A stretch of DNA of 64,000 nt from Hyphochytrium catenoides (lineage: Eukaryota > Protista > Hyphochytriomycota). The notes beneath the pieces are model-generated. The model made no database searches, was not told the DNA's origin, and saw only the letters and a program-made list of their open reading frames with translations. Position numbers and translations under genes: made by a program. Below are positions 39,401 through 52,800 of the stretch, in pieces (positions within the stretch are counted from its first letter, which is position 1; every line of letters begins with the position of its first letter). The stretch covers positions 1 to 64,000 of the forward strand of contig FLMG01004137.1 in the NCBI GenBank assembly GCA_900088475.1. The letters run 5' to 3'.

Positions 39401-40413
39401 CAGAAGAGTGTGTATCTCAGAAATTGTAAGGAAGAAGCCCTCTTCTGATGTTTTCATAGCTTCAGCATTACTCTTCATTAAGGCTCCTAAGGCTGCAACT
39501 GCGCTCTTCTTGATAGCCGCCTTTCGCTGATTCTGTAGACTCTTTGGCTTCGCTTTTGCCCCCTCTATTATCTCGGGCGAGCTCTCTTCTGAATGGAGTC
39601 CCAGCCTCTTGAGCCGTATGGTGCTTGTTGATATACGTTTTCCGCCATCCAACTCTGGCGTCTTCGTCTCGTTTCTCCCTGCCACGGAGTTGCGGATAGT
39701 GCGAACTTGAACCACTGGTACTGAGAGCTTCTCACCGGTGCTATGCAGAGTGGCGTGATAGCTGTCACTGACAGGATCGAAGCCATTGATAGTTGCCACT
39801 TCCCAGGTCTGATTGTTATCTGGGCTTCGACGACAGATTTCAACAACTTGATTAGCTCGGAATTGTGACTTCTGTGAGGATAGTTTGGCAGAGCTCTTCA
39901 CATCGCGCTTTGTCGCAGGAGCTGTTCCATCCACCGAGACATTCGATGTCGATACGCGAGCTACATGGATGGAGTCCACAGGACGGGGCACCGTTCGCGC
40001 AGGACTATCCTTGGGAACCTTTAGCTTTCGATCCAGAGCGCTATTTAACTTCTGCTTCGGCCTGCTTTCCGACGCGTCGAGAGTACGCTCTCGCTTGGAC
40101 TGTTCTGGACGACCAGAAGATTGCTCCTCTCTGCCTCTGGCCTCCTGGGGACGTTCCGTAAAGATATCTATCCAGCTGTCCATGGCGACAGCTGAAAATT
40201 CCCCCTCCGGCAGGGCTGGTGGCTACATTGAGCTTTATAATGGCGAAGAACTGCTGCGTGACAGCTCGGTTGCGCTGGGCTTCTTCGTCTCACGCATTCG
40301 ACAGAAAGCCGACTCATGATCTCGTCCAATCTCTGCTGTTGTTCAAGGGCTGCATCATTTTTGATCCTCTTGCTGGTCTGTAACGCCTTCCCTTTTGATG
40401 CCCCGAGGGCCAT
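36426..40413 (-). CDS. Uncharacterised multi-exon protein with Tudor/Agenet-like, B-box-like Cys cluster and SAM-like segments
   Basis: Tudor-like: FRANQVVEI...WEVATINGFD...YHATL. Cys cluster: CGQNVASYWCCDCLASVCALC. SAM-like after splicing: WSTIDFCTYL...LDAVSD|RSLYEQYGITKSLERQRAFYSL. The 3' end is uncertain. Confidence 0.6.
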
Positions 40414-40650
40414 TCCGTATAGTCTTATTTATATTGCGAATAGACACCTCTCCACATTAATCATGTACTCCGTACTGTACTGTACAATAGTGCCTACTGT
40501 ACAGACTGCAGTAACAAATCTCTCGTTTGAATATTTGGAATGCATCTTCAACTTGTGACAAAGCACAGGTTGACTGTTTGACGACACAACTACTTTGCAA
40601 TGGGAAACCAAGGCAAGGAGACGATGATGACTCTCAAAGTGTCTTCTGAT

Positions 40651-42347
40651 CTACCGCAGCCGCGAGTAGATCTGCTCCCAGTCCCGCTCATGCTTCGTTG
40701 ATGTCCTCGTCTCCTGCGCAGTCTGCAATGGAGGTCGTATCCAGCCATTGTACGGTACTATGGAGATGATCTCGATTTCAAGCGAGAGAGGTTCATTGCT
40801 GCTGATGACAGGAGGCAAACCCTTCTCACCGTAGCAGTATCTGGTGCTGAACCCTAGCCTAAGCTTTTGTCCGTTTGCCATCATCATTGCGGCCCGATCC
40901 AGTCCTGGAAAAGATTGGAAAGGGTCAAGAAAGCCTCCTCAAAGTGTCATACAGGAAAGTAGATGAGAAGAGACGACGAACCCTTCATGACTTGTCCGAG
41001 ACCAACTCTCCATTCAAAGGGCCTTTGACCCTTGGTCGATAGTATCACTTCACCTGACCGTGCACGCTGAAGAACGTAAGAAGACAAAGCAAGAGATGAG
41101 ATTAGCACAGACATCGTAAATGATCTAGAGTTAGGGGGTCTATGATGCCATTTTGCAAGGATGAAAGGCTTAGGGTCAGGGATGGCGGAGAACCACGAGA
41201 TAAGGCCTTGCCGAGTGCATGACAAGGTAAAAGGGGTGAGTGGCCAGCTTACCATAAGAACAATCTGCGCCCTCACAGTGTCGCCTTTCTTGGGGAACTC
41301 ATTTCCGCTGTCCTTGCCATACGTCAACGAATTAATAAGATCAGTACCGAAGCAGCTATGGAAGAAGTACTTAGACTCATACACCTACCCCTCGGCATGG
41401 ACCTCTTGAACATCAATGTTCTCCTCATCCTCTTTGGCCTCTAGAGCTGCGCTTTCGTCCTTGTACTCATCGTCAGAGGCCAACAGTAGGCTGTCATCGT
41501 CATTTTGACCATCCGAAAACTCTTCTTCTTCAATTGAGGATCCTTGACTGCTATCATGAGATGCCTCTGTTGAGCTCAGTGATGAACGTCGACGTCGATA
41601 ATCTCGTAAGCGAATGAGATCCTCGATGATGGTCAACAGACGCTTTCGATGAATGCTGCTTTCTATGCCTAGTTCAGCCCAATCGGTATCTTGAAACTTG
41701 ACCAGCATTTTGCCACTGATCTGCTGAGAGTACAGGGCGGATTGAGCTTTAGCTCCCCAAGGAAAGCTGTGCTTAAGTAAAGTTTCGTACATAAACCATT
41801 TTCTGACATCTGCCACTGTCCAGCGGGATGGATGTAAGTTGCAGATGTTCTGCTCTCTATACTCCTCCTCAAGAGATTCCGCCTCGTCTTCCTCTTTTCC
41901 GACGGAGCTTGCAGCCACGACACCGTCCTTAGCTTCATCATTACCCGATGGCGTCTGCTTTGACTTTTTTGAGAGCTCCCTATGCTTGGAGTCTGTGGTG
42001 CGCATTTCTATTGAGGCTTCCACTTTGAGGTCCGCTGGGGATGCTGGTCGAATACTGCTCATTGAAGTCTCGTGAACTTTCGGGATCTGAACAGTTAGGT
42101 CAGTTGATGATGGTTGTTGTGCCCTAACACTCTGCAGCTTTTCTACGAGCCTGGGCTTAAGCCATAGACTTTGTTGGGTTGCTGTGTCGTAGTAGTAAGG
42201 AATGTGACTATCTTCGTCAACATACTCCTTAAAACGCGCATTTAGCTCCTCTTTAAGATGGCGCCTGGCGAGAGCGCCCCGGAAGAGTGCTTGGAGTTTT
42301 CTCGCCCCTACTTCCCCCCTGTCTGCTGACATTGTCGAACTAGACAT
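40651..42347 (-). CDS. IQ-WW-SAM-FKBP multidomain protein
   Basis: IQ: LQALFRGALARR. WW-like: FKEYVDEDSHIPYYYDTATQQSLWLKP. SAM: WTVADVRKWF...ISGKMLV...LGIESSIHRKRLL. An acidic linker leads to FKBP: FPKKGDTV...PFEWRVGLGQVMKG...YCYGEKGLPPVI. Confidence 0.88.
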
Positions 42348-43073
42348 CAAAATGGCCTGTTAGTAATTACCATCGGATGGGACGCCCTGAGCTCGATAGA
42401 CTTCAAGGCTTTGGAGTGGCTGAGTTCTTCCGCAGTTCTTGACTGGACTAACCAATAATGCCAGATTGATCCTTTGTAGAGATTGTTCGCAAAAGATGAG
42501 TGAGCCGTAGGTGATGACTCCGCGAGGGGCAGTTCTTCCTCGACTCCCTATCTTTTGTTCTTCTCTTAGAGCTTTCCAAGGTAGACTAATGAGAAATAGC
42601 CTCTCTTAAGGGCCCGAGTTATAGCAAATATTCCGTGCGAAGAGCCAACAGCAGAAGGGAACTGCCTTCTGTCATCATTCAACCATGCTAGATAGAGAGG
42701 TGAACAGAAAGCTTGCGGCCGCCGGCGTGCACGTAGAGCTGGCCGTCGCTGGGGGGCCTGAGAGATGAGGCCCGTGGCCTGAGGTGTGATGAGAGGAGAC
42801 TGTGATAGGACTTCTACTCTGTGCGACTTGAACCGACATTACAACGCTGTCCCTCTACTACTGTTTTACCAAACGCCACATTGCTATTTCCAGCACTCCT
42901 CCAGGTCTTTCCTACCGTTACCAGCTATCTGAGAAGTCGTTACATCCTGTAGTCCAGATGTGCCGATTATAACCAAAATAAGGTTTAGAAAAGATCTTAA
43001 CTGCTGGAGCCGTCTGCCTTGATAAAAGCCTTACATTCTCTCTGGGATGCCGGAACCTCTAAAAGCCCTTTTG

Positions 43074-43458
43074 TCATCTTCGCTCTGCCATGAGAGCACG
43101 ATAGTCTGTGTCGTCAATAACGCTGAGGTCAAAGCTCCATGAGATGAGCTCCATAGGCCTGGAAAGGTGCGAAGGCAGCTCGGTCTCAGGGGCGCAGAGG
43201 AGCGCATGTAACTCAAGAGGTTCAACTCTCATCATCTTGTCATTCATTTGACGCTCCAGCTGTCGTGGACGGAAGAAGGCGGAGTTTCTTTGCTTGTTTA
43301 GGTGATTTAGATGCCCCAAGCGAGGCCCCTGATAGCGAAGCTCGCCATGGGCACCGCTGGAAGGCCTTCTACTTCCATGGTACTCGCATAGATTGCCCCT
43401 TACACATCGCTTACTCTTGTTTCAAGAAGAGCTCTCTGAGGAACTGGCGGCAAGGCAT
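43074..43458 (-). CDS. Hypothetical small two-exon protein (~110 aa)
   Basis: MPCRQFLRELFLKQ splices in frame across a GTAAGC...AG intron into ...RQLERQMNDKMMRVEPLELHALL...DYRALMAERR*. No recognised domain. Confidence 0.4.
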
Positions 43459-43571
43459 TGAGCGGAGATAATGGATGTCGATGTTCAGAATGTATGGCTA
43501 TGACTGTCGTAACATTGTCGGTGACAGCTTTCTCTAACTTAAGTGTGTTGCAGTCCCGGACCGCCGCCAAG

Positions 43572-46248
43572 ATGGCGAGCAAAAAGAAACAGGCACCCTC
43601 ACCGGCCTCAAAAAAGTAAGCTTACTCTTTTGAAGGACGTGCTCCTTCTCTAACCTGGAACGTCGTGCTATCTTCTCAGGCTGCCTTCTCTTAGTCGAAC
43701 GGCATCTCCACCTGCTATTTTGCAAGGAGCCAATGGAGGAGGAAAGACAAGGAAAATAAATCAAAAGAAGGTTTAGGCCAGTCTACACCTTAGTTTGAGC
43801 ATGTGGGCCGTGATTGAATGTCGCTGTGTTGCACACTAGGATCTCATCGAAGCTGTGCGGAAGATAGAGCTGACACATCTGCATAACGTCAGAGAAATGC
43901 AGAAGGGCCCCATTAGCAGTCGCGGATCGGGTGAGCTGCCGGAGGTCAATGACACCACAAATAAGGACATCAGCAGCTTGGAAGACGGCGTAAATCTAAA
44001 CGCGAGAAAGTACAATGAGTTGAAGATGATGGTGGACCGCAAGCAACAAGAGCTAGACAGACTGACGGTATATAAATGCCCATGACCTGTACATTGCTTA
44101 TGTGATCCGACGCTAATCTTATGTCACTGTAACTTTGTGACTTTCATCTGACATACCTTCTGACATCTTCAGGATGAGCTTAAGGAGCTTGTTAGTGAGA
44201 ATGAGGTTCTTGAAAAGATCAAGAATCGTCAGAACTCGGACGCCGATCAGATTACGATGTTAGAAGCAGAGATTTCAACAACTGTGGACTCAACAGATGA
44301 GAAGGTGACCAAAGACCATGACATGGTTAGATATCGAAGTGATCTAAAGCTGTCGATGCGCCAGCTTTACTATAGGAAAAAGCTAGAGCACATGCTTCAA
44401 CGGCTAGAGCGCAACCAGTTGGCCTTCGAAACACATATCAACGGTATGGAGGAAGCGCTAGGTGACAGCAAGAGAGAGTATGACGAGGTGAAGATGCTGA
44501 TGAGACAACTCGAGGCGGGAAAGACGGAAGCAATGCAGCACCTTCAACAGTAAGTTTTGCCCTAATTGAACCTGTCACTCCCCAGTCCATCCAATACTCC
44601 CTTTCTACTATTGCAGTGTCCAACAGGAGCTGCAACGAGAGAGACGTCAGAGAGATCGTGAGATGAACGAGCGTGCGGCAGAGGCTAATAATGCCAAAAG
44701 AATGGAGCAATGGCGTCTCAAGCGTGAGCAAGAGAGACTTGACATGGCTGCTCAGGTATAAAGCGTTCCACGTTATCCGAAGTCTAGTCACAACAGCTAA
44801 ACCTTATGTCGCGACAGCTAAGGGGCGACCTTGATAAAGAGGGAGAGAGAAGACTTCTTGCAGAGCTCAAGGCGAGAGAAGAACAGTCGGAAGCCCTAAA
44901 ACTTGCCACTCAAGAAAAGACAGAAAAGGCGGCAGCGTTAGAGAGCGCCTTCCTTCAGATTCGACAGGCCACAGGAATTTCGTCGCTTGACGAGATGGTA
45001 ACCAAATTCATGAGTCAAGGGGCCAATAGGGACGCACTTGAGCAGGAAAAAGCGGAAGCAGAAGCCAGACTAGCCAAGGTGAAGGCGACCAAGGAGGCAC
45101 TTATGCAGCAGTTTGCTGAGCTCAAGGTAAGCGACGNNNTGGTATCCTGATGACATCTCTGGGTTAATGATTCATGCCTGTCCAGCTGAAAGCCAACTTG
45201 AAGGTTCATAAAGCGGCTTGCGAGCGGTTAGAGAATGTTCTGGTTGCGGTCCGACAAGGAGCCTTAGGCTTAGCCCAAAAGCTGGCGGCGATTGATGTAA
45301 GGGAATAGGGACGATCGTACTGCCTAAAAGAAGAGCATTGGCCTAAGCGCTCCGGTTGCAGGTTGGAGGAGATCTCTTTGACGAACAGGTTGTTAAGGAC
45401 GGTTCGGACGTTGTGGCATCTTTAAGAGCTTCGGAGGCTAAGCTTGTGAAGGTAACATAGGCGCATAATCTGATCCCGATTAGAGCTCTCCAACAAGTAT
45501 GCAAAGTGGCCCTATTATGCCGGACTAATTCGTACACACACCTTTCTTTTGACTAGATGATGGAGGTCGTTAGTCAACAACCAAGACGGCAGACAGCTTT
45601 TGCAGGGCAAGAACCTGAAGAGCAGGGTGGAGGAGAAAACGAAGGGGATCACAATGCTAAATGGAACGGCCAAGCGGAGGGCGAGGTCGTTCTCAATCGT
45701 AATAATATCAGAGTTCAGCCACCCAAAAGCAGCAAGCCTGGAGAAGGAGAGGAAGCGGTGGCGACAGCTCGCCTGGGCGACTATGGGTCCGATGATGATA
45801 ACGACGCCGACAATACCGATGACCTTGTGCCCACGCGGCAATTCCTGAAGCTAAGTAGTAACAGGCAGTACGCTGATATCATCCGAAAGAAAGAGGTAGG
45901 GACTGCGGATAGAACGACGGATGCTCAAAGCCGTTGCTCACTACCAATGGTTACTCTTCACGAGCAGAATGCTGACAGGCGACAAAAAGCCCTAGAGAAG
46001 ATGGCAGAAGAAGGAGATGGCAAGGGCATGACTGCCATGATTAGAAAGAAGCAGCAGGTATGGTAGACCCTGACGTTTATGAGGTGGTTGATTACGTAGA
46101 AAACTTGCTAAAACTGCTGTAGGAGGACTACATGGCGAAGCTGGCCGTTGCACCGCAGCCTGTTGGTATGCCTGAAGGAGTTACGCTTCGCTCAGACCCT
46201 ATGGAGAAGTCCCAGGCATTCTTGACCCATGTCCCCGATCTGACCTAG
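43572..46248 (+). CDS. Outer dynein arm docking complex-like coiled-coil protein (CCDC151/ODA10 or CCDC63/114 family)
   Basis: Long coiled coil containing LESAFLQIRQATGISSLDEMVTKF, the AF..I..ATG motif of ODA-DC subunits. Also KLEHMLQRL and NRNNIRV. There is a small N-gap at 45137-45139. Confidence 0.75.
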
Positions 46249-46421
46249 TGCAGGTCAACCCAATACTAGCAATAAGTGGCTTCGCCTGGCTATTGCATGG
46301 AACCCCTGACAGCTACCTAAGTAAATAGATTGCCATCCAATTACTTTACCGTGTTTGCCGATGGCGAGCTCACAGTTCAAATGACAAGGGGTCACAGGGA
46401 TCAAATCAGCTTCGATGGGCC

Positions 46422-46840
46422 TTAACGTCGATCTGGTCTGTAGCCAAACTCAATGGCATGAGCCCTCTGCGCTGCCTCCGCCCTCTCCTCAGGAGTCATA
46501 TTGCGGTTTCTAAGCCTTATCTCCATGACCTGCCGGTGCAACTCGTCACAGCTGGGGCCATTTGCGGCAGTTAGACGCTTCCGACGGAAGGCTTGGCGTC
46601 CCTAATAAAGGTAACCTATAAAGGTGATGTGCTATCCTCCATGCAAGAGAAATCGCCTACCTCTTCTCTTGCTGCTGCATATATGATAGGGCCACAAAAG
46701 ATAATCGAGGTGAGCAAGATTCCAAAGCGAAGCTGTAAACGCAGTTGAGCGTCAGGCCGGCCAAAAAAGCCTGGATCCTTACGAGAGGGTGACCGAAAAG
46801 TGCGGGACCACCAGTCGCGTAAGCTTGACGTGGACGGCAT
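46422..46840 (-). CDS. Small two-exon single-pass membrane protein
   Basis: MPSTSSLRDWW...FGILLTSIIFCGPIIYAA (TM) splices in frame to GRQAFRRK...IEFGYRPDRR*. Confidence 0.65.
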
Positions 46841-47603
46841 TATTAGACTTGCGCTGCTCCTTTAGACTCCCAGATAAAGATGATGCGGCGAACTACTTAT
46901 CCTAAATTCTCATCAACAGCGTTCAGTGCGCCAGCCGCATTCAAAGTGAGCAAGGGCTCATCGTCGCACGCAAGTGAAGTCCAGGACATAGTGGTATCGC
47001 GGCACTTAGGATTCAGCGCGACCACACTCATCACCGCCCAAGTTGCTGCTGCGTGTATCAGAGCTTATGATCGCCTTTCTGTTGGCTTCTCTGATGGGGA
47101 ACTTTCCTCTGTGAAGCATCCAAGCTTCATCACGCCTGACGCACTTCAGTCCTACGTAGTTCCGTCCTTCCCTGGTCGTACCGTCGCCATACCTGATATT
47201 ATGTTAGGCCCAGGAAGCAAAAGAACATTTCGGCTGTTAACATTGACAACGCACACCCCAGAAGGTCAACTGCCAACTCAATCCTCAGAAGAGCCGCTAA
47301 CCGTGGCTCTCCGTATAGAGCAAAGAATTGTCTGCCGAGTTGTTTACAAGCCGTTCTCACATCATCATCACCTTTTGACGATCAAGCTCCCAAGCTCTAT
47401 GCCTCCGTGACCAAGGAGCTCTAGCATCTTTTGGCCCACTGCCATTGTTATGGGCCTGTGGAGCTTTGGCAGCTCTGTCACGCCTGGCATCTATAACGAT
47501 ATCATAGAACTTCAAAGGAGCCTCAGTCCACGATGCTTAGATAGGAAGGCTCCTCTTACCTACTCTAAAATGCTCTCTTAAAAAGCTCTGACCTCAACAA
47601 GCG

Positions 47604-48671
47604 ATGACCGCACTAATCAGCATGCAATCTAGAGCAGCAGATGTCTCAAACGGATCTGGCAGACGATATCATCCCTACAAAGGACAAGACTGTTCGCCCA
47701 CGAGATCCGGAGGGGAAGACAACAGCAAATGGAAACGCCTAACCTCTCTAAAGGTTCAGTCTGACCCATCACTGGCAAGTCTCAAGCAGCAGCATCAGAC
47801 CACCGACGATAGCCCTTCAGGATGCCACAAAAGATCTAAAACGACATCATTCCCCACGCGTTCGAGAGGTACACAACTACACAAGAGCGATAGGCTTCTT
47901 GGTACGCTCGATCGCTTTAGCGAGCTTGAAGCTGGTAAGTCTATTAACCCCGAGTTAGACGCCCAGTCTTTACCGTAGACTTTGTGCTCCTATCTACCCT
48001 TATGTAGACATCAGAGTAGACAGCGGTAAAGAAGAAGATCCCCGGCGGCTGTTACAGCGACAGAAGCAGATAGACTATGGAAAGAATACTTTAGGCTATG
48101 ACCAATACACAGCTGCTGTACCTAGGTAAGATGAGAAGCTCCACGTCGGATTCTTTCGGGATTAATAGCGAAACTGTTAGGCATAAACGAGGCAAAGAGC
48201 ATCCTCGAACTCCAGATATCCATAAAAAGATGAGCAAGCGAGCATGGGATGGACTAGTGAGAAGCTGGAGGAGGAAACTGCATGAATGGGACAAGCCTGA
48301 TTGTTTGAACGTATCGCCTACACTTAGAGCAGACTCTCAGGTGGCTTCTGCCTCAGCAAAATCAAGGTGAGGAATTGAAACCTAGTCCATTGAGCATGTT
48401 CAGATAATTTGTTAAAGAGAGATTTGGTTTGTGCAGCAGCGAAGCTGAGACAAGGGACAGCAGGTGCATTCATTCGGAAGGGAAAGCTACGTGTCCGCAG
48501 CCGGAGAGCAATTCACCTACGACGAATCCAAAGGTACTTGTAACTGCTTCAAGAAGGGGGTTGGGGGGCGGCGGAGAAGGCCCTCTATCGCAGGACGGAC
48601 AGCCCCGAAGACAACAAGATGACATTGTGCCTGATCAAGATGATCTGGCAGACCTCGATGATCTTATATAA
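47604..48671 (+). CDS. SLBP: Histone RNA stem-loop binding protein
   Basis: Spliced RNA-binding domain [31 protein letters not shown]|[38 protein letters not shown], with an acidic C-terminus. Start is uncertain. Confidence 0.93.
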
Positions 48672-49879
48672 TTCCATGGAGTAGGGAGGGTAACAATAGG
48701 AAATGTATAAAGGTCTAATTGATGCTAGTCCAGATTGGCCATCTGGCTGACGAACTGAGCTCTTTTATGTTCAGCAACTTAGGGTCACAAAAATTTCCTG
48801 CATCGCTACGACCGACCTCTCTAACTCTCAGTGGCTGTTCAGGAGGCAAGAGCAGGAACACGGCCCGCCGTACATGGTACTGTGGTACAATCACAGGCCA
48901 CTTCAAAGTATGTAACTTCTACTACTAAAAGACTATTATCTTACTTCCGTCCATTAGTCTCCACTACAAAGAGAACCTACTTTCCCGGAAGTATCATTTA
49001 ATCATTCCTGCCCTCGTGCCAGCCTAATGCCGTGCTACTAGGAACAGCTCTAGAAATTGATCTGGGTAATATACCGCACAAAGTGTATGGTTACGGGTGC
49101 GAATGCCCCGCTTGTCCTCCTTGATACTGCTACTGTACAAGAAACATGAAGCTTCATCAAGCGTTTTCAAAACTGCCTCAAGTGGCGGGAACAGCTATTG
49201 TACTGTACTGCACAGCACTAAGGAATCCGGAATAGATTGTAATTACCTTGCCACTTATGCGAAATGCCTACTGTATATTATGATGTTATTTGTTATCAAT
49301 CAATTGTTGAGCGGATCAGTGCATCGTCCACATTCGGAACCTATCGTACTCAATCCTCGATAGGGGCAGTGGATGATACAACGAAACGTCACTTCTCCTC
49401 TTTCCTTTGGTGATGATTGCTGCTGCACTGCTCCTCGCCGAGCCGTCCTACATTATTATCGTTAGGGAGCCTAGAGCATGCCAAGCACGGAGCCCCAATA
49501 CTCATGATCGAGAAAGCCCTGAGGCTATCAACAGTTGTACAGAACTATGTGGCCATGCCGGCCATCTTCACTCGTATGAATAGTTAGTACATCTTCCTTG
49601 CCGCACCCGGACCATCAGGCTCAGGAACGCCATCCTCAGGTGCTGCCAGGTCGGCGCTCGATGATGGTATTATTACATGTATGACGAGGAAGCAGTAGGA
49701 GGTGGGCTGAGAGACGTAGATAGTGCCCCAACAGGGCTCTCCAGCAGGCATCGAGCTACCAAGAAGCTCACATGTGCTACCAAGAGCCTTACTATCTGCC
49801 ATGGATGAGATCGCACTACATATAATAGAGTGATTAGGATTAGAGGGACAAGATTGGCAAAATGGGTGGAGATTGGGAA

Positions 49880-52800
49880 ATGCAAGACCCTGAGACGGAT
49901 ACTCGATTCCAATGGATCCGGCGACAGGTAAGGAGAGAGAGAGATACATCCCATTGAGAGCGTGTCAAGCTCATTAAGCTTCCTATCTGACCAGGTTCAA
50001 CATGGTTTTCGGAATATCAAGCCGGATGGTCTAAACAGCTTGGAGGATCATGCCAACCAGCAGATTATCTTTGACTTTTTGGACGGGACGTGCAGTACGC
50101 TCACTTTTTACGAACAAAATGGAGCCTTAGAAGTTGCGACCGTTCCTTCCCGATCTATTACACCGTTATTATATATGGTACAGTCTGAACCACAGTGCTT
50201 CCTGACGTTTCCTAAGGTAACCACCTTCTCGTTCCTGGCTTACAGGTGAAGCTAAATAGGGGCCTTGTCCAAAGAAAGGATCTTCAAACCCAGATAATGA
50301 TTGGCAAGATTGAAGTAGATCCGTTTCTCCACCTCGGAATGCTCTCTCGCGAAGTTTTTGGTCCACTTATTTCCAATGTTAGAAACCATACGAACTGCTC
50401 TGACCTAATATCTAAAGACATCGTGCGGTATGTTCAGAACTTCCAGGTAAGGGCATGCAACGGCGTCTGTCTTCGTTTTCATTGGTTGATATAGTCCTTG
50501 CCAGGCAAGTATCAACATTCAACATGGCCGTACTAAGGGCCTTACATGCCTCCCTCTGCCCGCTGAGAGGGACGTAGAGGACGTTCCAGATGGCTCGAAG
50601 GGCACAATCAAACGAGGTGATTCAGACCTACATCTGACAGCCACAGGAAGTTCTTCCGGTAGAGAAAAAGTACATTTTATTGAGGGCTTTGTCATCACTT
50701 GGACAAAGCAGATCAAGGACGTACTCCGACAGGAACCTGAGACGGTTTTGGATCAGGTAAGACGGAGTTATTAGGTATCAGCTCGACCGCAGGGGAGCTA
50801 ACAGTCTAGCTATTAAAGGCTGAGAAGCATCCAGGACCCCTTGCGGAGCTCAATTTCTGGCAGAGTAAAGCGGAGAATCTGAATTTCATCTTCCACCAGC
50901 TCCAGAGCGAAAAGTTCAGAAAGATACTGAAGATTCTGGACCAGAGCAAAAGCTCATACAACGTGCCTTTTGCCAAACTATGCAAATCTTTGTTCGTGGC
51001 CCGTTCTGAGGCAAATGAAAATCACAAGTTTCTTCAGCCTCTGAGACCCTGGTTTGAGAAGTTGGAGGGCGAGATAGACTTTCCAGACCTCACGGAGGTC
51101 TTTCGACCCATTATACATCTCCTGCTATTGATCTGGAAGGGGAGCCGCTTCTTCAACACTTCTACAAGGCTAGTCTTTCTTCTACGTCGAATCAGCAACG
51201 CACTCATTCGAAAGTCGTGCATGTACGTCTCCGGGCAGGATATCTTTCAGATGATAGAAGCAGAGGACACCAATAAAGCCCTAGAGAGGCTGCGAGCAGT
51301 GCTGAGCGTTTGTGGAGCATTCAAGAGCGTCTTTTTTGAGTACAAAGGGAGAAGCGCCAAAGAAGCTTCGAATAATGAGTGGAAGTTTCAGAGTCAGGCG
51401 ATATTTGACAGGTTGGACGAATTCATGGAGCGGGTCCACGACATCCTGGATCTCACGCAGACAATTCAACAATTCTATAAGTTATCCAAACTGGAGATTG
51501 GAGGGACAAAGGGCAAAATTCTGTCTAACAGTGTGCAGCAGGTCTTCGCGGACTTTCAGGCTGCTGTTACCGCTGTCCATAGGCCCGGTTATGACATCAT
51601 GGAGATTGATAATCGATCGTTTGAAGACGATTATTATCAGTTCCGGATAACAATCAAGGAGTTGGACAGACGGTTGGCCTCGATACTACTGCAGGGCTTT
51701 GCTGACTGCAGCAGTATGATGATGGTGTTCAAACTTCTAGACGTGTTTGAAGGATTGACAGAGAGACCGATAATAGCAGCAGAGCTAGAGAAAAAGCATG
51801 CGGAACTGGTTGGAGCGTACATTAAAGACCTGGACGCAGTTCGGAATCTCTTTCTTTCTAGAAAGGAAAAGCCACCGGTCAACCGCAACTTGCCACCCAC
51901 GGCTGGAGCGTTGGCATGGAGTCGGGCCCTTAAGGAGCGCGTGCAGGTGCCCATGGAGAAGTTGAAAGCTCTAGGGAAGTTAGAGAGAGAGGAAACAAGG
52001 GAAGCTGTAAAGAAGTATACGGACCTCCTCGCATCGCTTGCTGACTATGAGCAAGACATTATCGAGCAATGGAGCAGGTCTGTGGAGGAGAGCAGCCAAG
52101 AGAAGCTCAAGCTTCCACTCCTTCTGCGCAATGAAGAAACTGGAATGCTAAGTATGAATTTTGATCCAGCGTTAATCAGGCTCCTTCGAGAGGTCAAGTA
52201 CTTCCTTTTCTTCAACCTTCAGGTGCCAGAAACTGCAATGAGCATCCATCGTAAAGCGGAGATGCTTAGACGACAAATGGGCAATTTAGATCTTATTGTC
52301 CAGATGTACAATGGTATGCACGGTTCACTTCTTCCTGTGGAACGGCCACTTGTTCGAAATCATTTGGAAAAGATAGAGAAGGTGCTCATCAAAGGCCTCA
52401 GATCCCTTAACTGGAAAAGCCCAGGAATCGACCAGTTCATCAATGAGGCAATGGCGGTGGTTCGGGACGCCACCACGGTGGTTAACGCTGTCAAGCAGAC
52501 ATCAGCACAGGTCGTCGAAATTCTAGAGGGCTGGCGAGGAGGAGTTCTCCTTGAAAGAAAATCCAAAGCAATGTCTGTTGAAGAGTTTGAGCTGGTGCAA
52601 CAACCCATTCGAGCAGCCAAATACGCACTCATTCGTACCGGAGGGAATGAAATTCATTGCTTAATGCGTGATACCAATCAGTTGCTGAAGGTCAGCTATG
52701 GACTCCCAGAATGGCGAGCCTACGTGGACTACATCAATACGATCGTCATTTCGGGGCTAGCGAAGGTGCTGATTACTTCCCTGGAGTCCCTAAATGTAGA

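Noticed and set aside
46880-47410. 176-aa ORF between the small TM gene and SLBP
   Set aside because: It lies in a divergent promoter/5' UTR region and has no recognisable features.
49020-49085. TTGATCTGGGTAAT resembling the P4/P5 part of a TPP riboswitch
   Set aside because: There is no upstream CTGAGA, P5 does not pair (no CCAG), and no thiamine gene is nearby.
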